A stretch of DNA of 64,000 nucleotides from Candidatus Hydrogenedentota bacterium (GTDB lineage: Bacteria > Hydrogenedentota > Hydrogenedentia > Hydrogenedentales > SLHB01), in assembly GCA_963745075.1 (NCBI GenBank), contig CAVUWV010000034.1:65227-129226 (forward strand), given 5' to 3'. A model generated the notes under the pieces. The model was not told the origin of the DNA and did not search any database. It worked only from the letters and a program-made list of their open reading frames with translations. Made by a program: the position numbers and the translations under genes. Positions 47,524 through 58,851 of this stretch are shown here, one piece after another; the stretch's first letter is position 1, and every line of letters starts with the position of its first letter.

Positions 47524-49062
47524 ATGCACACGCACGAAGGATGCTGTGGGTGTGGGGGCCACGCCATGGGGCGGCGGTCCTTTCTCGCGGCGGTGGGGGG
47601 AATGACGGCGGCTTCGACGTTGGTGGCGCCTGTGGCATCGGCGGCGCCGACAGCACGGATGCGACCTAACCTGGGCAAGAAACAGGTCCCGCTCGTGGTC
47701 CAACCGGCGTTGACCTATGGCATACATGAGCGCCGGGATATGACGAGCTGGCGTCCGTGGGGCGGGATTCACACCGAAGCCGACGCGTCGCGTGAAATGC
47801 AACGCATCGACGCGGAATTGGCCGAGCTCAAGAAGAAGGCCGAGTTTCCGCTGGAGATTCGTCCAACCGCTCGCGTCCGGAACGCGGAGGAAGCCGCGCC
47901 CCTTCGTGACGGCGACGCCGATCTCATGTTGGTCTACGGCGCATCCGCTGAGATTGAACCGTTGATTAAGGAAGACCGGTACAACCTGATCTTCTGCCGT
48001 CACCGGTCCGGGCCGGTTTACCTGTGGTACGAAATCGCGCACCCGCGACTGCTTCGCAAGACCGTCGACGAATACGGGCAGCCGGGTCTGGCGCCCGAAG
48101 ACGTCGTCATTGATGACTACAACGAGGTGCTTTGGAGGTTGCGGGCCTTGACCGCGCTGCAAAACACGGTGGGTAGCCGCATCGTTGCGATCGGTGCGCC
48201 GAGTGGTTGGGGAAAAGGCGGACAGAAGGCACCCGAGATCTCAGCAAATGTCTGGAAGCTCGATATGCGGACTGTGCCCTACGACGATTTGGGCAAGCGC
48301 ATCGAGTCCGCGAACAAGGAGCCGGAACGAGTCGCCCGGTGCGAGGATGCGGCTGCCAAGTATCTGAAGCAATCCGGCATCTCGCTGCATACGGCGACGG
48401 AATTCGTGTCGCGTGCGTTCCTGCTCACGGAAGTGTTCGAAGATTTGATGGAAGAGCACGATGCGCCGGCGATGACCATTAACGAATGCATGTCGACCAT
48501 CATGCCCATGTCGCAGACGACGGCCTGCATGTGCCTGTCCTTGATCAATGACTCGGGTGCCATGGCGTTCTGCGAATCCGATTTTGTGGTGATTCCGTCG
48601 GGCATCCTGCTCAAGAACATCGCCGGAACGCCGGTGTTTCTCAACGACCCGACCTATCCGCACGACGGCGTTATCACACTGGCCCACTGCACCGCGCCAC
48701 GGCGGATGAACGGCAAGAAACTTGAACCCGCCAAGATCATGACCCACTACGAGTCCGACTACGGCGCGGCGCCGATGGTGAAGATGAACGTGGGACACGA
48801 CGTGACGGTACTCGATCCGGATTTCGGGAACCAGCGCTGGATCGGGTTCAAGGGGCAGATTCTGGACAACCCGGAGATGGACATTTGCCGGTCCCAGGTG
48901 GACGTGTCCATCGAAGGCGACTGGCGGAAACTCGCCCAGGAGATGCGCGGGTTTCACTGGATGATGTCCTACGGCGACCATCTCAAGGAAACGGGCTACG
49001 CCCTCCGGAAGATGGGGGTCGGCTGGCTGAATCTGACGACGGAACGCACCATCGAAGCGTGA
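47524..49062 (+). CDS. Tat-signal protein, L-fucose/L-arabinose isomerase-like
   Basis: GRRSFL signal; INECM, FCESDF, FLNDP, LAHCTAP, THYES, CRSQV, GFHWMMSYGDH. Confidence 0.7.
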   Translation: MHTHEGCCGCGGHAMGRRSFLAAVGGMTAASTLVAPVASAAPTARMRPNLGKKQVPLVVQPALTYGIHERRDMTSWRPWGGIHTEADASREMQRIDAELAELKKKAEFPLEIRPTARVRNAEEAAPLRDGDADLMLVYGASAEIEPLIKEDRYNLIFCRHRSGPVYLWYEIAHPRLLRKTVDEYGQPGLAPEDVVIDDYNEVLWRLRALTALQNTVGSRIVAIGAPSGWGKGGQKAPEISANVWKLDMRTVPYDDLGKRIESANKEPERVARCEDAAAKYLKQSGISLHTATEFVSRAFLLTEVFEDLMEEHDAPAMTINECMSTIMPMSQTTACMCLSLINDSGAMAFCESDFVVIPSGILLKNIAGTPVFLNDPTYPHDGVITLAHCTAPRRMNGKKLEPAKIMTHYESDYGAAPMVKMNVGHDVTVLDPDFGNQRWIGFKGQILDNPEMDICRSQVDVSIEGDWRKLAQEMRGFHWMMSYGDHLKETGYALRKMGVGWLNLTTERTIEA

Positions 49063-49075
49063 TCCCCGGAAGTGC

Positions 49076-49120
49076 ACGGGCCGCCTTGCCGAACATGCGG
49101 CATGGCGGCCCGTTTATATT
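49076..49120 (+). terminator. Intrinsic terminator
   Basis: ACGGGCCGCC..GGCGGCCCGT stem followed by TTATATT. Confidence 0.65.
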
Positions 49121-49129
49121 CTGAGATTC

Positions 49130-49465
49130 TTACTCCGATTCGTCGTGGGGCGGTTCCTTATCCACGTCCGTGAGCATTTCGCGCGCTTGGGCGGCATCCT
49201 TCTGCCGGACCTGGATCTGCATGGCGCCCAACTGCGGGAAGACGTTCTCCGTTCCCTCATTCTGAACCACGTAATCGATACTTGCCGATTGGAGCAACGA
49301 CTCGGCAACGGCAAATGCGGCCGGATCGGCGGTTTCGAATACGGTTTCCAAATCGATGTACGAAGGATTTGACTCCGGCGGGGTTCCCTCCATCAGTGCG
49401 ACCCCGCAGTCGGCGCATTCCGTGAATCCTTCCCGGTATTCCACCAGGCACTTCGGACAGTACAT
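49130..49465 (-). CDS. Zinc-ribbon plus DUF2007 protein
   Basis: MYCPKCLVEYREGFTECADCGVALM, AESLLQSASI, IQV..DAAQAREML; GAGGAG SD. Confidence 0.85.
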   Translation of the reverse strand: MYCPKCLVEYREGFTECADCGVALMEGTPPESNPSYIDLETVFETADPAAFAVAESLLQSASIDYVVQNEGTENVFPQLGAMQIQVRQKDAAQAREMLTDVDKEPPHDESE

Positions 49466-49809
49466 GGGCAACTCCTCGTTTTGCTGATTTCCGCGGGCGG
49501 CCGGTTGTGGTCCACCGGCGAAGCGCCGCATCCATAGTGTGCCGAACCGGCGCGGCGAATTCCAGACCCACGCCGCCGTTGCCCGGTACGGAACTTTTCC
49601 CGCATGCGGCGGCATCAACTTAATTGGCGCGTGTTACGGGACGTGGAATCGACTGTATTCTGCTCCGAGCCGGCGGGCCTATCCGTTTTTCCTGCCGCTT
49701 GATACAATAGAAGTCAGGCTACGGGCTCGATGTGTGGGTTTTTCATAGGGTAATTGCAGGTGTAGGGCCTGAATCATGAGGTTTTCTCAACCCAGGTAGG
49801 AATGCGAGT

Positions 49810-52800
49810 ATGACCACCGAGAGTTCCCCCCGATTTTTAAGTCCCAAGAATGTGTCCCTCCTTGTTGCGCTGCTGTTTATCGCGGGATTGGTTATCGCGT
49901 TCGCGCTGTGGCCGGAACCGGCAGCGGCGCCGGGAACAGCGCCTGAAGTCGCGGAAATCTCGGCGGAGGCGCCAGCAACGCCCCCGAGCGATTGGACGGA
50001 TCGGTCGGATTCTGCCAAGTCCGATGCGGGCGCGTCGGGTTCCGAGACCGGCGCTCCCGCCTCGGGAGACTTCCTGCGGGTCGTGGGTACGGTGCCGGTT
50101 AAGCATGAGACGCTCGGAAACCGCATCGTCGTGTTTTTCAGCGAGCCCGTGGCTGCGGCCGGCTTGGACGGGGAAGGCGCAACACCGCCTTTTACCATGA
50201 CCCCTCCGTTTCAGGGCACGTTTGCGGTAGCCGGCAACTACCTGGACATCCGTTCCGACGACTTCCCTCCAGACCAGATCGTGACGCTTGAACTGGGAGA
50301 CGCGATCCAATCGAAGGACGGGAAGACCGTTGATCCTCAGGACCGTCGTTTGACCTTCGCACCGTTTACGTTTGAAGCGCAACGGGTGTGGTCCCTCGAG
50401 TCGACGGACGACCGCGAAGTGCTGGGCGTCGTGTTTCCCGTCCCGGTGACGGTCGAGATGCTGCGGGACCATACGAAAATCCAGACCGCTGACGGACAGC
50501 CGGTGCCGTTTGCGATCGAGGAGGGTACGTCCAACACCATCCAGCGGCTCGCGATCGAGGGCAACACCAGTTGGCCGGTCAGTATCCAATTCTCCGCCGG
50601 ACTCCAAGACGCTACCGGTGATCTTGCGCTTTCCGACGCGCAGGAGTTCACATATCCCACGGAACTCGAGTTGGCGATTCAGAAGGTAACCTGGAACCGG
50701 ATTGAGGACGGCGAGCAGCAGATCGCCATCCAATTCTCGAAGGCGGTCGATTCTACCGACCTGGAGAAGAACCTCACGATAACCGATGCCGACTCGGGTA
50801 GTCCGATTACATTCTCCGTCGAACCTTTGATGCAAGGTCCCAACCAAATCGTAGTCGTTCACCTCGCAAAGCCTACCGAGACCTCGCTGCTCCTTGACTT
50901 CGCATCGGGGCTATCCGGAGCCGAACGGTCGGAACTGACTCAGCCTGTGAAGCGGAAACTAATCGCCCGGTCATTGCAGGAGCGCGAACCATTGCGCTTC
51001 GAGAACGAGTGGTGGAGCCAGGAAGGGCGAGAGGGGCTGGTTCTGAACCTCGGATTCAACCAGAAGGTCGAGCCGCAGGACCTGAAAGCGCATTTGAAGA
51101 CCTCGCGGGACATTCCCGATCTGCGTATCGAACCCGCCTGGAACAACCAGCGCGTCCGGATCTTCGGGCAGTGGCAGTCCGAAACGACGTACGAATTTAC
51201 CTTGACTGCGGGCATGCCATACGGCGACGGTTTCAAGCTGGACCAGGATTTTTCGCGAACGATCACGACCGATAAAGTGCCGCCCTACCTCGGATTCGGC
51301 CAGGAGGATAAATACTATTTCCCGCGCCGGAGCGGATTGGACCTGCCTATTGCCGCACGCGGCGTGCGTAAGGTCCGCGTCAATCTGTACCGCATGTTTC
51401 CGTCCAACATCGCGGTGGCGGTTCGCGATATGAACGACGGCAAGCCATGGTACCAATACATGGACTCGTGGTGCGAGTCTCTGACCAAGAACGAGCGGGA
51501 CGTCGCGTTTTCCGCCGGACCAAATGACGCAGAATCCGATTTCCTTCGATTCGCTCATGCCGTCGGACAGACACGGCGTCTTCTGTTTGCAGGTGGACGA
51601 CATTTCGCCCACGAATCCCGACGAAGACGCGGCCGAGGGTGAGTACGAAGACTACGACTACTACCGGCACGCGCAACCTGCGACGAAGCTGGTGCTGTTC
51701 ACGAATATCGGCGTGCTCGCGCACTGGCTGGACGACGAGCTGGTGGTATTCGCCCATGACCTGTATTCCTTGAAGCCGTTGGACCTTGCGAAGGTCACGG
51801 TCTATTCACACAAGAACCAGGTGCTTGGCACGGGCAACACCGACGCGCAAGGTATGGCGCATCTGGAACCCTTTGACACGGCCTTGGGGCGGCCCTCAGT
51901 TGTCGTGGTCGAAAAGGGCGACGACTATACCTTCCTCGAATTGCAGCCGCGTAATGACGAAATCGATGAACAGGCGCCGGAAATGCCGGCCTTCGACCGG
52001 GACGCGTACGACGCGTTTCTCTACGCGGACCGGGACCTGTACCGGCCCGGCGAGACGGTGCATTTGCGGTGGCTGGTCCGCACACACTACGGCGATGCGT
52101 TGGCGAAAGTGCCGCTGGTGCTCACCGTAACCAAGCCGAACGGGCAGGATCTGTTGAGTCAACCGACGACGTTGTCGGAACTGGGCACCGGCGGTACGGA
52201 TATTGTCACGCAGAAGTCCTATCCCACCGGAAAGTATTTGGCGACGTTGAAGGTGCCGGATACGAATAGCCCGCTTGGCACGTACCAATTCAGCGTCGAG
52301 GAGTTCGTGCCCAATCGGATCAAAGCCGAAGTGAAGCTCGCGGAAGATCAGTGGTTGGCCGGGAAGGACTACACGATCGCGATAAACGCCCAACATTTCT
52401 TCGGCGCGCCTGCGGCCGACCGGAAAAGCGAGGCGAAAATCGTGCTCCGCCCAGCGGTCTATCGGCCGGAGGGATGGAAGGGCTACACCTTCGGAAACGA
52501 TTCCGAATTCAAAACCGACCTCATCTCCACCGGCGAAGGCACGACGGATGCCCAAGGCAACGTCACGTTTCCGTTTAAGTACGAGGCGCCGCCCACGGCC
52601 ACGTTTCCACTGAGCGCATTGGTGGTGGGCCGCGTCTTCGAATTGGGCGGACGGGCGGTCGCGGGTACGAAGGAAGTCACCCTCTTCCCGTCCGACACCT
52701 GTCTCGGGATTCGCGCCAATACACCCGAAGGCGGGCGTGGTGTCGAGGTCAACGTCGCGGCCATTCGTCCGGAAGGTACGCCCTCGGACCTCCAAACGGT

Positions 52801-55699
52801 CAAAGTGACGCTCGAAAAACAGGTGTGGAACTATTATGTGCGACGGTACTACGACTATCATCAACCGAACTGGTCGGAGTCCTTCGAGCCGATCGAGACC
52901 CGTGACGTAACGTTGAAAGACGGCGCCGGATCGACGACGTTTACGTTCGGGAACTATGGGTACTATCGCGTTCGAGTTCATTCCGATGCGACGCCGCAAT
53001 ACAGCACCTTGTCCTTTTATTCCTATGGCGGCGAAGTGAATCTCGTCGATTCGGCGCGGCCCAGTCTCATCAAGCTGACCATGGACAAGAAGTCGTACGC
53101 CATCGGCGATGAGGCTACGGTCCGGATCGAGGCGCCGTTCGACGGCAGCGGGTTTGTCGTGATTCAGGGCGAGGAAATCCAGCGCATTGCATCGGTCGAG
53201 ATCAAAGACGGTGTGGGCACCACGACGTTTATGCTCACGCGGGAACAGTACCCCAACGTCTGGGTCGAGGCCACAGTCGTCCACGCGATTAAGCAAGGGC
53301 GCGACCAGGTTTATCCCTTCTCGAGTTTCGCGATGCAATCCGTCAAAGTGGAAGACCCGCGCCGGAGCATCGCTATTGAATACCCCAACTTGCCTGAAGA
53401 GATTCTTCCTGCGAAGCCGGCGCAATTCGAGGTGAAAACCACCGATGGCGAGGGGAATCCCGCGTCGGTCGAGCTGACGCTGGCGGCGGTTGATGAGGGG
53501 ATTCACTCGATCACCGGGTATAAGAGTCCCGCGCCGGTAGAGTATCTGTCTCGTCCGCGCCGGGCGGATTATCGCCGCGCGCACTACTACGACAAGGTCG
53601 CCTACGACTTCGACAAAACGCAGATTGGCGGCGACCTCGAAGCGTTGCTGGGCAAGCGCGCGGCGGCCGTGGACGAAAACTGGATCAAACCGGTCGCGCT
53701 GTGGTCGGGCGTGGTGCACACGGACGCCGACGGACGCGCGACGATTACGATGGACGTGCCGGAATTCTCGGGCCAGTTACGGCTCGTCGCGGTTGCCGCG
53801 TCTGCGAATGCCGCAGGTGCGCAAACGGACTATGTTTATGTGCGGCGTCCGTATACGTTGCGCACGAGCATGCCGCGTTTTCTTTTGCCGGGCGACCGGT
53901 CGGCGTGCCGTGCAGTACTGTTTAACAATACGGACGCGGCCTGTACGGCGGACTTGAATTGGTCCAGCGAGGGTACGCTCGTCGACGTTACGGGCACGCA
54001 ATCGGTGGAAGTTCCCGCTCACGGCGAAGCGTCGCTGTTGGCGGACTTCGCCGCTGCCGAAGCGATCGGCCAGGGCGCAATAAACTGGACAGCGGTCTTA
54101 AAGGACGCCGACGGCAATGAACTGGAGAAACTTGACGAACACGCTCCCGTGCCGGTGCGCACGCCGGCGGTTTACCAGACCCACCATGAGCTGCATGCGC
54201 TGAAACCGGGAGAGAGCGTGACGATTAAGAACACGGAATTCCTCAATGATGCGCGCGCTGAAGTCAAGGTCACCGCGAGCGCGAATCCAGAATTCCGGTT
54301 ACAGGAAGCGTTGAAGTATGTTGTGAGTTATCCCTACGGATGTGTCGAACAGACCACGTCGCGCCTCATGCCCATGTATCTGCTGAAACAAAATGCCGGT
54401 CTCATGGAAATGGCATTGAACAAAGAGCAGACGCTGGATAGCTATATTCAATCCGGAATCGACCGGTTATTCTCCATGCAGACGGAATCCGGCGGTCTCG
54501 GCTTTTGGCCCGGCGCGGAGAATCCGTACCGGTACGGTTCGGTGTACGCTTTCCATTTCCTGACGCTCGTCAAGAACGGGCGGGAGTATCCGCTGCCCGA
54601 AAAGAACTTCGAGGATCTCAAGAAGTACGTGAAAGGCATTGCCGAAGATTGGTCGCAATCGACGCAGTCGTCCCTGTACGAACGGGCGTACGCAACCTAC
54701 GTGTTGGCCTTGGGCGGCGATTTGGATGCCATCAAGCAAATCGGCCGGTTCGACGATGTCAGCCTGCCGCGACCGGCCCGGTTGCTGCTGGCGGCGGCGC
54801 TTGCGCAAAACACACAGGATGCCGATCGCGTGAAGCTCTACCTGAGCAACACGCCGAGCGAGCCGTACTCCGTCACCGAACCGGACGGCACCTTGAACTC
54901 GGACGTACGCAGCACGGCCATCGAGTTGCTGGCGTTGCAGCAACTGAAAGGCACGGAAAAGGATCGCGCCGAGAAAGCGGACAAATTGTTCGCCTATTTG
55001 AAAGAGCATCATCACGGGAATACGCAGGAAACGGCGTTCATCGTGACGGCCTTGGGCGGCTATCTCGCCGATATCGCCAAGAACGTGGACAAGGCGGCCG
55101 CGACCATCAGCGGTTCGGAAGGCAATGCCAGCGTGTCGGGTAACAAGGTCTATAGCGGCACGCACGAAGGAGCGGGCGGATCGTTCACGGTGTCCAACAC
55201 GGGCGGCACGACGATCTTCGTGAATGCGACCACCGGCGGCATTCCTCAGAATCCGGATCTGTCGCCCATCGCGGATAAGATCGCCGTCACGCGGACTGTG
55301 TATACGAGCACGGGTGAAGCGTTCGGCGACAGCGCGTACCGGCAGTCGGACAGCTACGTGATCGGTTTCGAGCTGAAGTGCGACCAGGAAGTCAAGAACC
55401 TGGTTGTCGCGGACCTGATCCCGGCCGGGTTTGAAATTGAAAACCCGCGCCTGGAACCCGACGCCATTCCGACGGGACCTTTTGAAGGTGCGGCGACGCC
55501 AACGTACCTGGAGATTCGCGACGATCGGTTGGTGGTGGCGTTCGATGAACTCGATCACGGCACGCACAAGTTTTACTACATAGCGCGCGCGGTGACGCCG
55601 GGCACGTACCAGTACCCCGCCGTCGAGGCGGAATGCATGTACGACGCCTCGGTTCATGGTCGCGGCGAGACCGGCACCGTCGAGGTCGTGAAACGCTGA
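49810..55699 (+). CDS. Bacterial alpha-2-macroglobulin (YfhM-like), about 1960 aa; frameshift at T run 51508-51511
   Basis: DRDLYRPGETV, VEEFVP, AAVDEG, thioester YPYGCVEQ, GFEIENP, RDDR, RAVTPG. Deleting one T joins the two ORFs. Confidence 0.92.
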
Positions 55700-58035
55700 T
55701 GCGGAATCGGTTCAAGAGCTTGCTGGCCCACATCCGTCCGCGGCGGTCGGTGTGTGTCCGTGCCCTGCGAAGCCGGCGTGTACATCGTGCGGCAACTGGT
55801 GCTCTGGGTGTTGCGCTCATCTTCGTCGTGGCGTTTACGGCGCTGCTGCTTTGGCCCATGGACCCGTCGCCGTATTTGCATACCCAGTCGTCGGGCCAAC
55901 TTTTCGACCGCAACGGACGCCTTATGTATGCCTTTCTCAATGAGGACGAGCAATGGCAGTTTCCGCGCGAGTTGGATGCCGTCAGTCCGTATCTCGTCCA
56001 GGCCACGATCGCGACGGAGGATCAGCGTTTTCGATCCCATCGCGGCGTGGATGCCGTAGCCGTCGCACGGGCGATGGTACAGAACGTCACCGGTCTTGGA
56101 ATCCGCTCCGGCGCATCGACGTTGACCATGCAGGTCGTGAAACTGAACGGTCAGCCGTCGCGGTCGATTGCGGGTAAGGCATGGCAGGCGATGCAGGCGC
56201 TGCGGCTCGAACGCCACGCGTCGAAGGATGAGATCCTGCGCACGTACCTGAACACCGCGCCGTATGGCCTCAATCTCGTGGGATGTGAAGCTGCCGCGCG
56301 GAGGTACTTCGGCAAGACAGCCAAGGAGTTGACCTTGTCCGAAGCGGCATTGCTGGCGGGTTTGCCGAAATCGCCCACAGGACTGATGCCACTCGACCAT
56401 CCGAAGAGCGCGCGTATGCGGCGCAATCACGTATTGCGGCGCATGCGCGACGAAGGGTCTATCGATGCGGCCACGTGCCAACGGGCGTCGAACATGCCGC
56501 TCGGCGCGCAGTGGAATGAGTATCCACAGGCGGCGCCGCATCTCGCCATGTGGTATCGCGACCGCGTGCTCGAGGAGAAGCACGTCACGACCACGCTTGA
56601 CCTGCGCGTGCAGGAGATGGCGGAGCACGCCGTCGCCGACTTATTGAAGACCTTCGACAACCAAATCACCAACGCAGCGGTTATCGTGATCGATGTGCCG
56701 ACGGCTTCGGTGCTCGCGCGCGTGGGCTCGGCGGATTTCTACAATACGCCCGGCGGCGGACAGGTCGACGCGACGCGCGCGGCACGCTCGCCGGGGTCGG
56801 CATTGAAACCCTTCACCTACGCCCTTGCCATCGAAGAGGACCAGCTTTACGCGTCGGAAATGTTGCTGGACGATTCGCTCGACTATGGCCTGTACAACCC
56901 GGAGAATTACGACGGGAAGTACCGGGGATTGATTTCCGCGTCGTATGCATTGCAGCGGTCGCTGAATGTGCCCGCCGTGATGGTGTTGAACCGTCTTGGT
57001 TGCGAGCCCATGTACCGGTTTCTCCGTAGCGCGGGGCTAACCACGTTCACGCGGTCGGCCGAGTACTACGGGCTGGGGTTGACGCTGGGGAACTGCGAAG
57101 TGCGCCTCGACGAATTGGCGACGGCCTACTGTATGCTCGCAAACCTTGGTGCGTGGCGGCCGCTGCGTGAATTGCAGGAAGACCCCATCCTCGCGGGTAG
57201 GGCGCTGCTTACGCGCGGCACCTGCCTCGAACTCTACGAGATGTTGGAGCAGCCTTTGCCCGGCGAATTCTACCGTGACATCGTCCAGGCAACTGGATAT
57301 ACCCCGCGGGTTTGCTGGAAGACCGGGACCTCAACGGGGCTTCACGACGCGTGGACCATCGTGTTCAACAGTCAATATGTTGTCGGCGTGTGGCTCGGCA
57401 ACAACGACGGACGATCCTCGAACCTGCTGATCGGATCGCGCGCCGCGTTGCCGTTGGCGGGGCGTATCTTTCGATCGCTGAAACCCGGCACGAGCGCATC
57501 GTGGCCGGACGTGAGCGGCGATTTGCGCGAGGTGAAGGTCTGCGCGGCGAGCGGGCTGCCGGTTTCTCCGTGGTGCAGACGCACGAAAACAGCGTTGCTC
57601 CCCACGAACCAGTATCTCAACCGTCGATGCGACGTGCATTATCCGGCAAGCGAGGACAGCGTCTTCGAACGTTGGCCCGCCAGTGCCAAGGGATGGAATC
57701 TTGCGAAGGTCGATTCGCCCATGACCCCGCGCGAGGCCGAACAGGGTCAATCGAAGGGGCTGCGGATTCTTGCGCCGTCGCATCAGGCCGAATTTGTACT
57801 GACCCGTGAAGCGAACGCGGACAAGATCAAACTGCGGGCGTCCATCGACACGTCAACCCTGCTTCATTGGTACATCGACGCCAAGTACCTGGGCGAGTCC
57901 GGTCCCGGGAAAGATCTCTTCCTGGACCTCAGCGCGGGGGATCACAAGCTCACCTGCATGACGCCAACCGGCGAAACCGACAGCGTGCAATTCCAGGTCG
58001 ATGAGCCCTATACGCCGGCGCTGTTTCGGAATTGA
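55699..58035 (+). CDS. pbpC: Penicillin-binding protein 1C
   Basis: EDQRF, SGASTLTMQV, RSPGSALKPF, SLN, KTGTS, C-terminal BiPBP-like domain; TGATG overlap with the macroglobulin gene. Confidence 0.93.
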   Translation: MRNRFKSLLAHIRPRRSVCVRALRSRRVHRAATGALGVALIFVVAFTALLLWPMDPSPYLHTQSSGQLFDRNGRLMYAFLNEDEQWQFPRELDAVSPYLVQATIATEDQRFRSHRGVDAVAVARAMVQNVTGLGIRSGASTLTMQVVKLNGQPSRSIAGKAWQAMQALRLERHASKDEILRTYLNTAPYGLNLVGCEAAARRYFGKTAKELTLSEAALLAGLPKSPTGLMPLDHPKSARMRRNHVLRRMRDEGSIDAATCQRASNMPLGAQWNEYPQAAPHLAMWYRDRVLEEKHVTTTLDLRVQEMAEHAVADLLKTFDNQITNAAVIVIDVPTASVLARVGSADFYNTPGGGQVDATRAARSPGSALKPFTYALAIEEDQLYASEMLLDDSLDYGLYNPENYDGKYRGLISASYALQRSLNVPAVMVLNRLGCEPMYRFLRSAGLTTFTRSAEYYGLGLTLGNCEVRLDELATAYCMLANLGAWRPLRELQEDPILAGRALLTRGTCLELYEMLEQPLPGEFYRDIVQATGYTPRVCWKTGTSTGLHDAWTIVFNSQYVVGVWLGNNDGRSSNLLIGSRAALPLAGRIFRSLKPGTSASWPDVSGDLREVKVCAASGLPVSPWCRRTKTALLPTNQYLNRRCDVHYPASEDSVFERWPASAKGWNLAKVDSPMTPREAEQGQSKGLRILAPSHQAEFVLTREANADKIKLRASIDTSTLLHWYIDAKYLGESGPGKDLFLDLSAGDHKLTCMTPTGETDSVQFQVDEPYTPALFRN

Positions 58036-58064
58036 TGAAGCGGCGGGGAGTAAAGGATCGATCA

Positions 58065-58397
58065 CTATTCTCGCAGCGTATCTACGGCGCGCGAAAGTGG
58101 TTCGAGTTTCGTCGTGACAATATCCCAAACAATCTCGAGGTTGACCGCAAAATAGGCGTGAATCAGTAGATTACGCAGTGTAACGATCTTGCGCCATTCA
58201 ATCTCCGGACAACGCTTGCAGACATCTTCAGGCAGTCCACTTGCGGCTTCGCCAATAATCTCCAGATTGCGAATGACTGCGTCCTGCGTTCGCTCGTCCG
58301 CTGTAAATGACTCCAAATCCAGATGGTCGGTATAACCCTTGATTCTTCGGATCGCCTCGTCGATATCGTCAAGCTGCAATCGCCAGTCCCTAGGCAT
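58065..58397 (-). CDS. hepT: HEPN/DUF86 RNase toxin (HepT-like)
   Basis: DAVIRNLEIIGEAA, RNLLIHAY (R-X4-H-X-Y). Confidence 0.9.
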   Translation of the reverse strand: MPRDWRLQLDDIDEAIRRIKGYTDHLDLESFTADERTQDAVIRNLEIIGEAASGLPEDVCKRCPEIEWRKIVTLRNLLIHAYFAVNLEIVWDIVTTKLEPLSRAVDTLRE

Positions 58398-58683
58398 AGA
58401 CGGCCTCTCGCTCGACAGTAGGACGCAGACGGGGCTTCAGGTTATCCATCAGAACGAGATCGACCGGCGCGCCGAAACGGTCTTCCAATTCAAACTTCAA
58501 ATCCATGTAGCGGTCGAACGTCGGTGACGACATTTCGACGATGATATCAATGTCACTGGATGCGGAATGCTGTCCGCGCGCAGTAGAACCGAAAAGTCCA
58601 ATCCGGTTAACGCCGTAGTCGCGGGCGAAGTGCGTCTTCGCCCTTTTCAAGTAGGACAAGATTTGTTCACGCTCCAGTATCAC
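58390..58683 (-). CDS. mntA: MNT nucleotidyltransferase antitoxin
   Basis: LFGSTARGQHSASSDIDI (GS-X10-DXD), VDLV; overlaps the toxin start. Confidence 0.9.
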   Translation of the reverse strand: MILEREQILSYLKRAKTHFARDYGVNRIGLFGSTARGQHSASSDIDIIVEMSSPTFDRYMDLKFELEDRFGAPVDLVLMDNLKPRLRPTVEREAVYA

Positions 58684-58851
58684 CAGTCTTCTCCGTAGCA
58701 ATCCACGGAATTATTGTACACGATCCGGTCCCAGAAAACTCGATTTTTGGTAGTATTCCCATTAAGGTAAGATTATCATCATGAAGCGTATCAGATGCTC
58801 GCCCATCTGGACGTGGAGTCAATTCTTGCAAGTGTCATAGAGGGACCTTCC

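Noticed and set aside
49810..58035. Alpha-2-macroglobulin plus pbpC as a novel defence system
   Set aside because: Well-known conserved operon; the split ORF is explained by one extra T.
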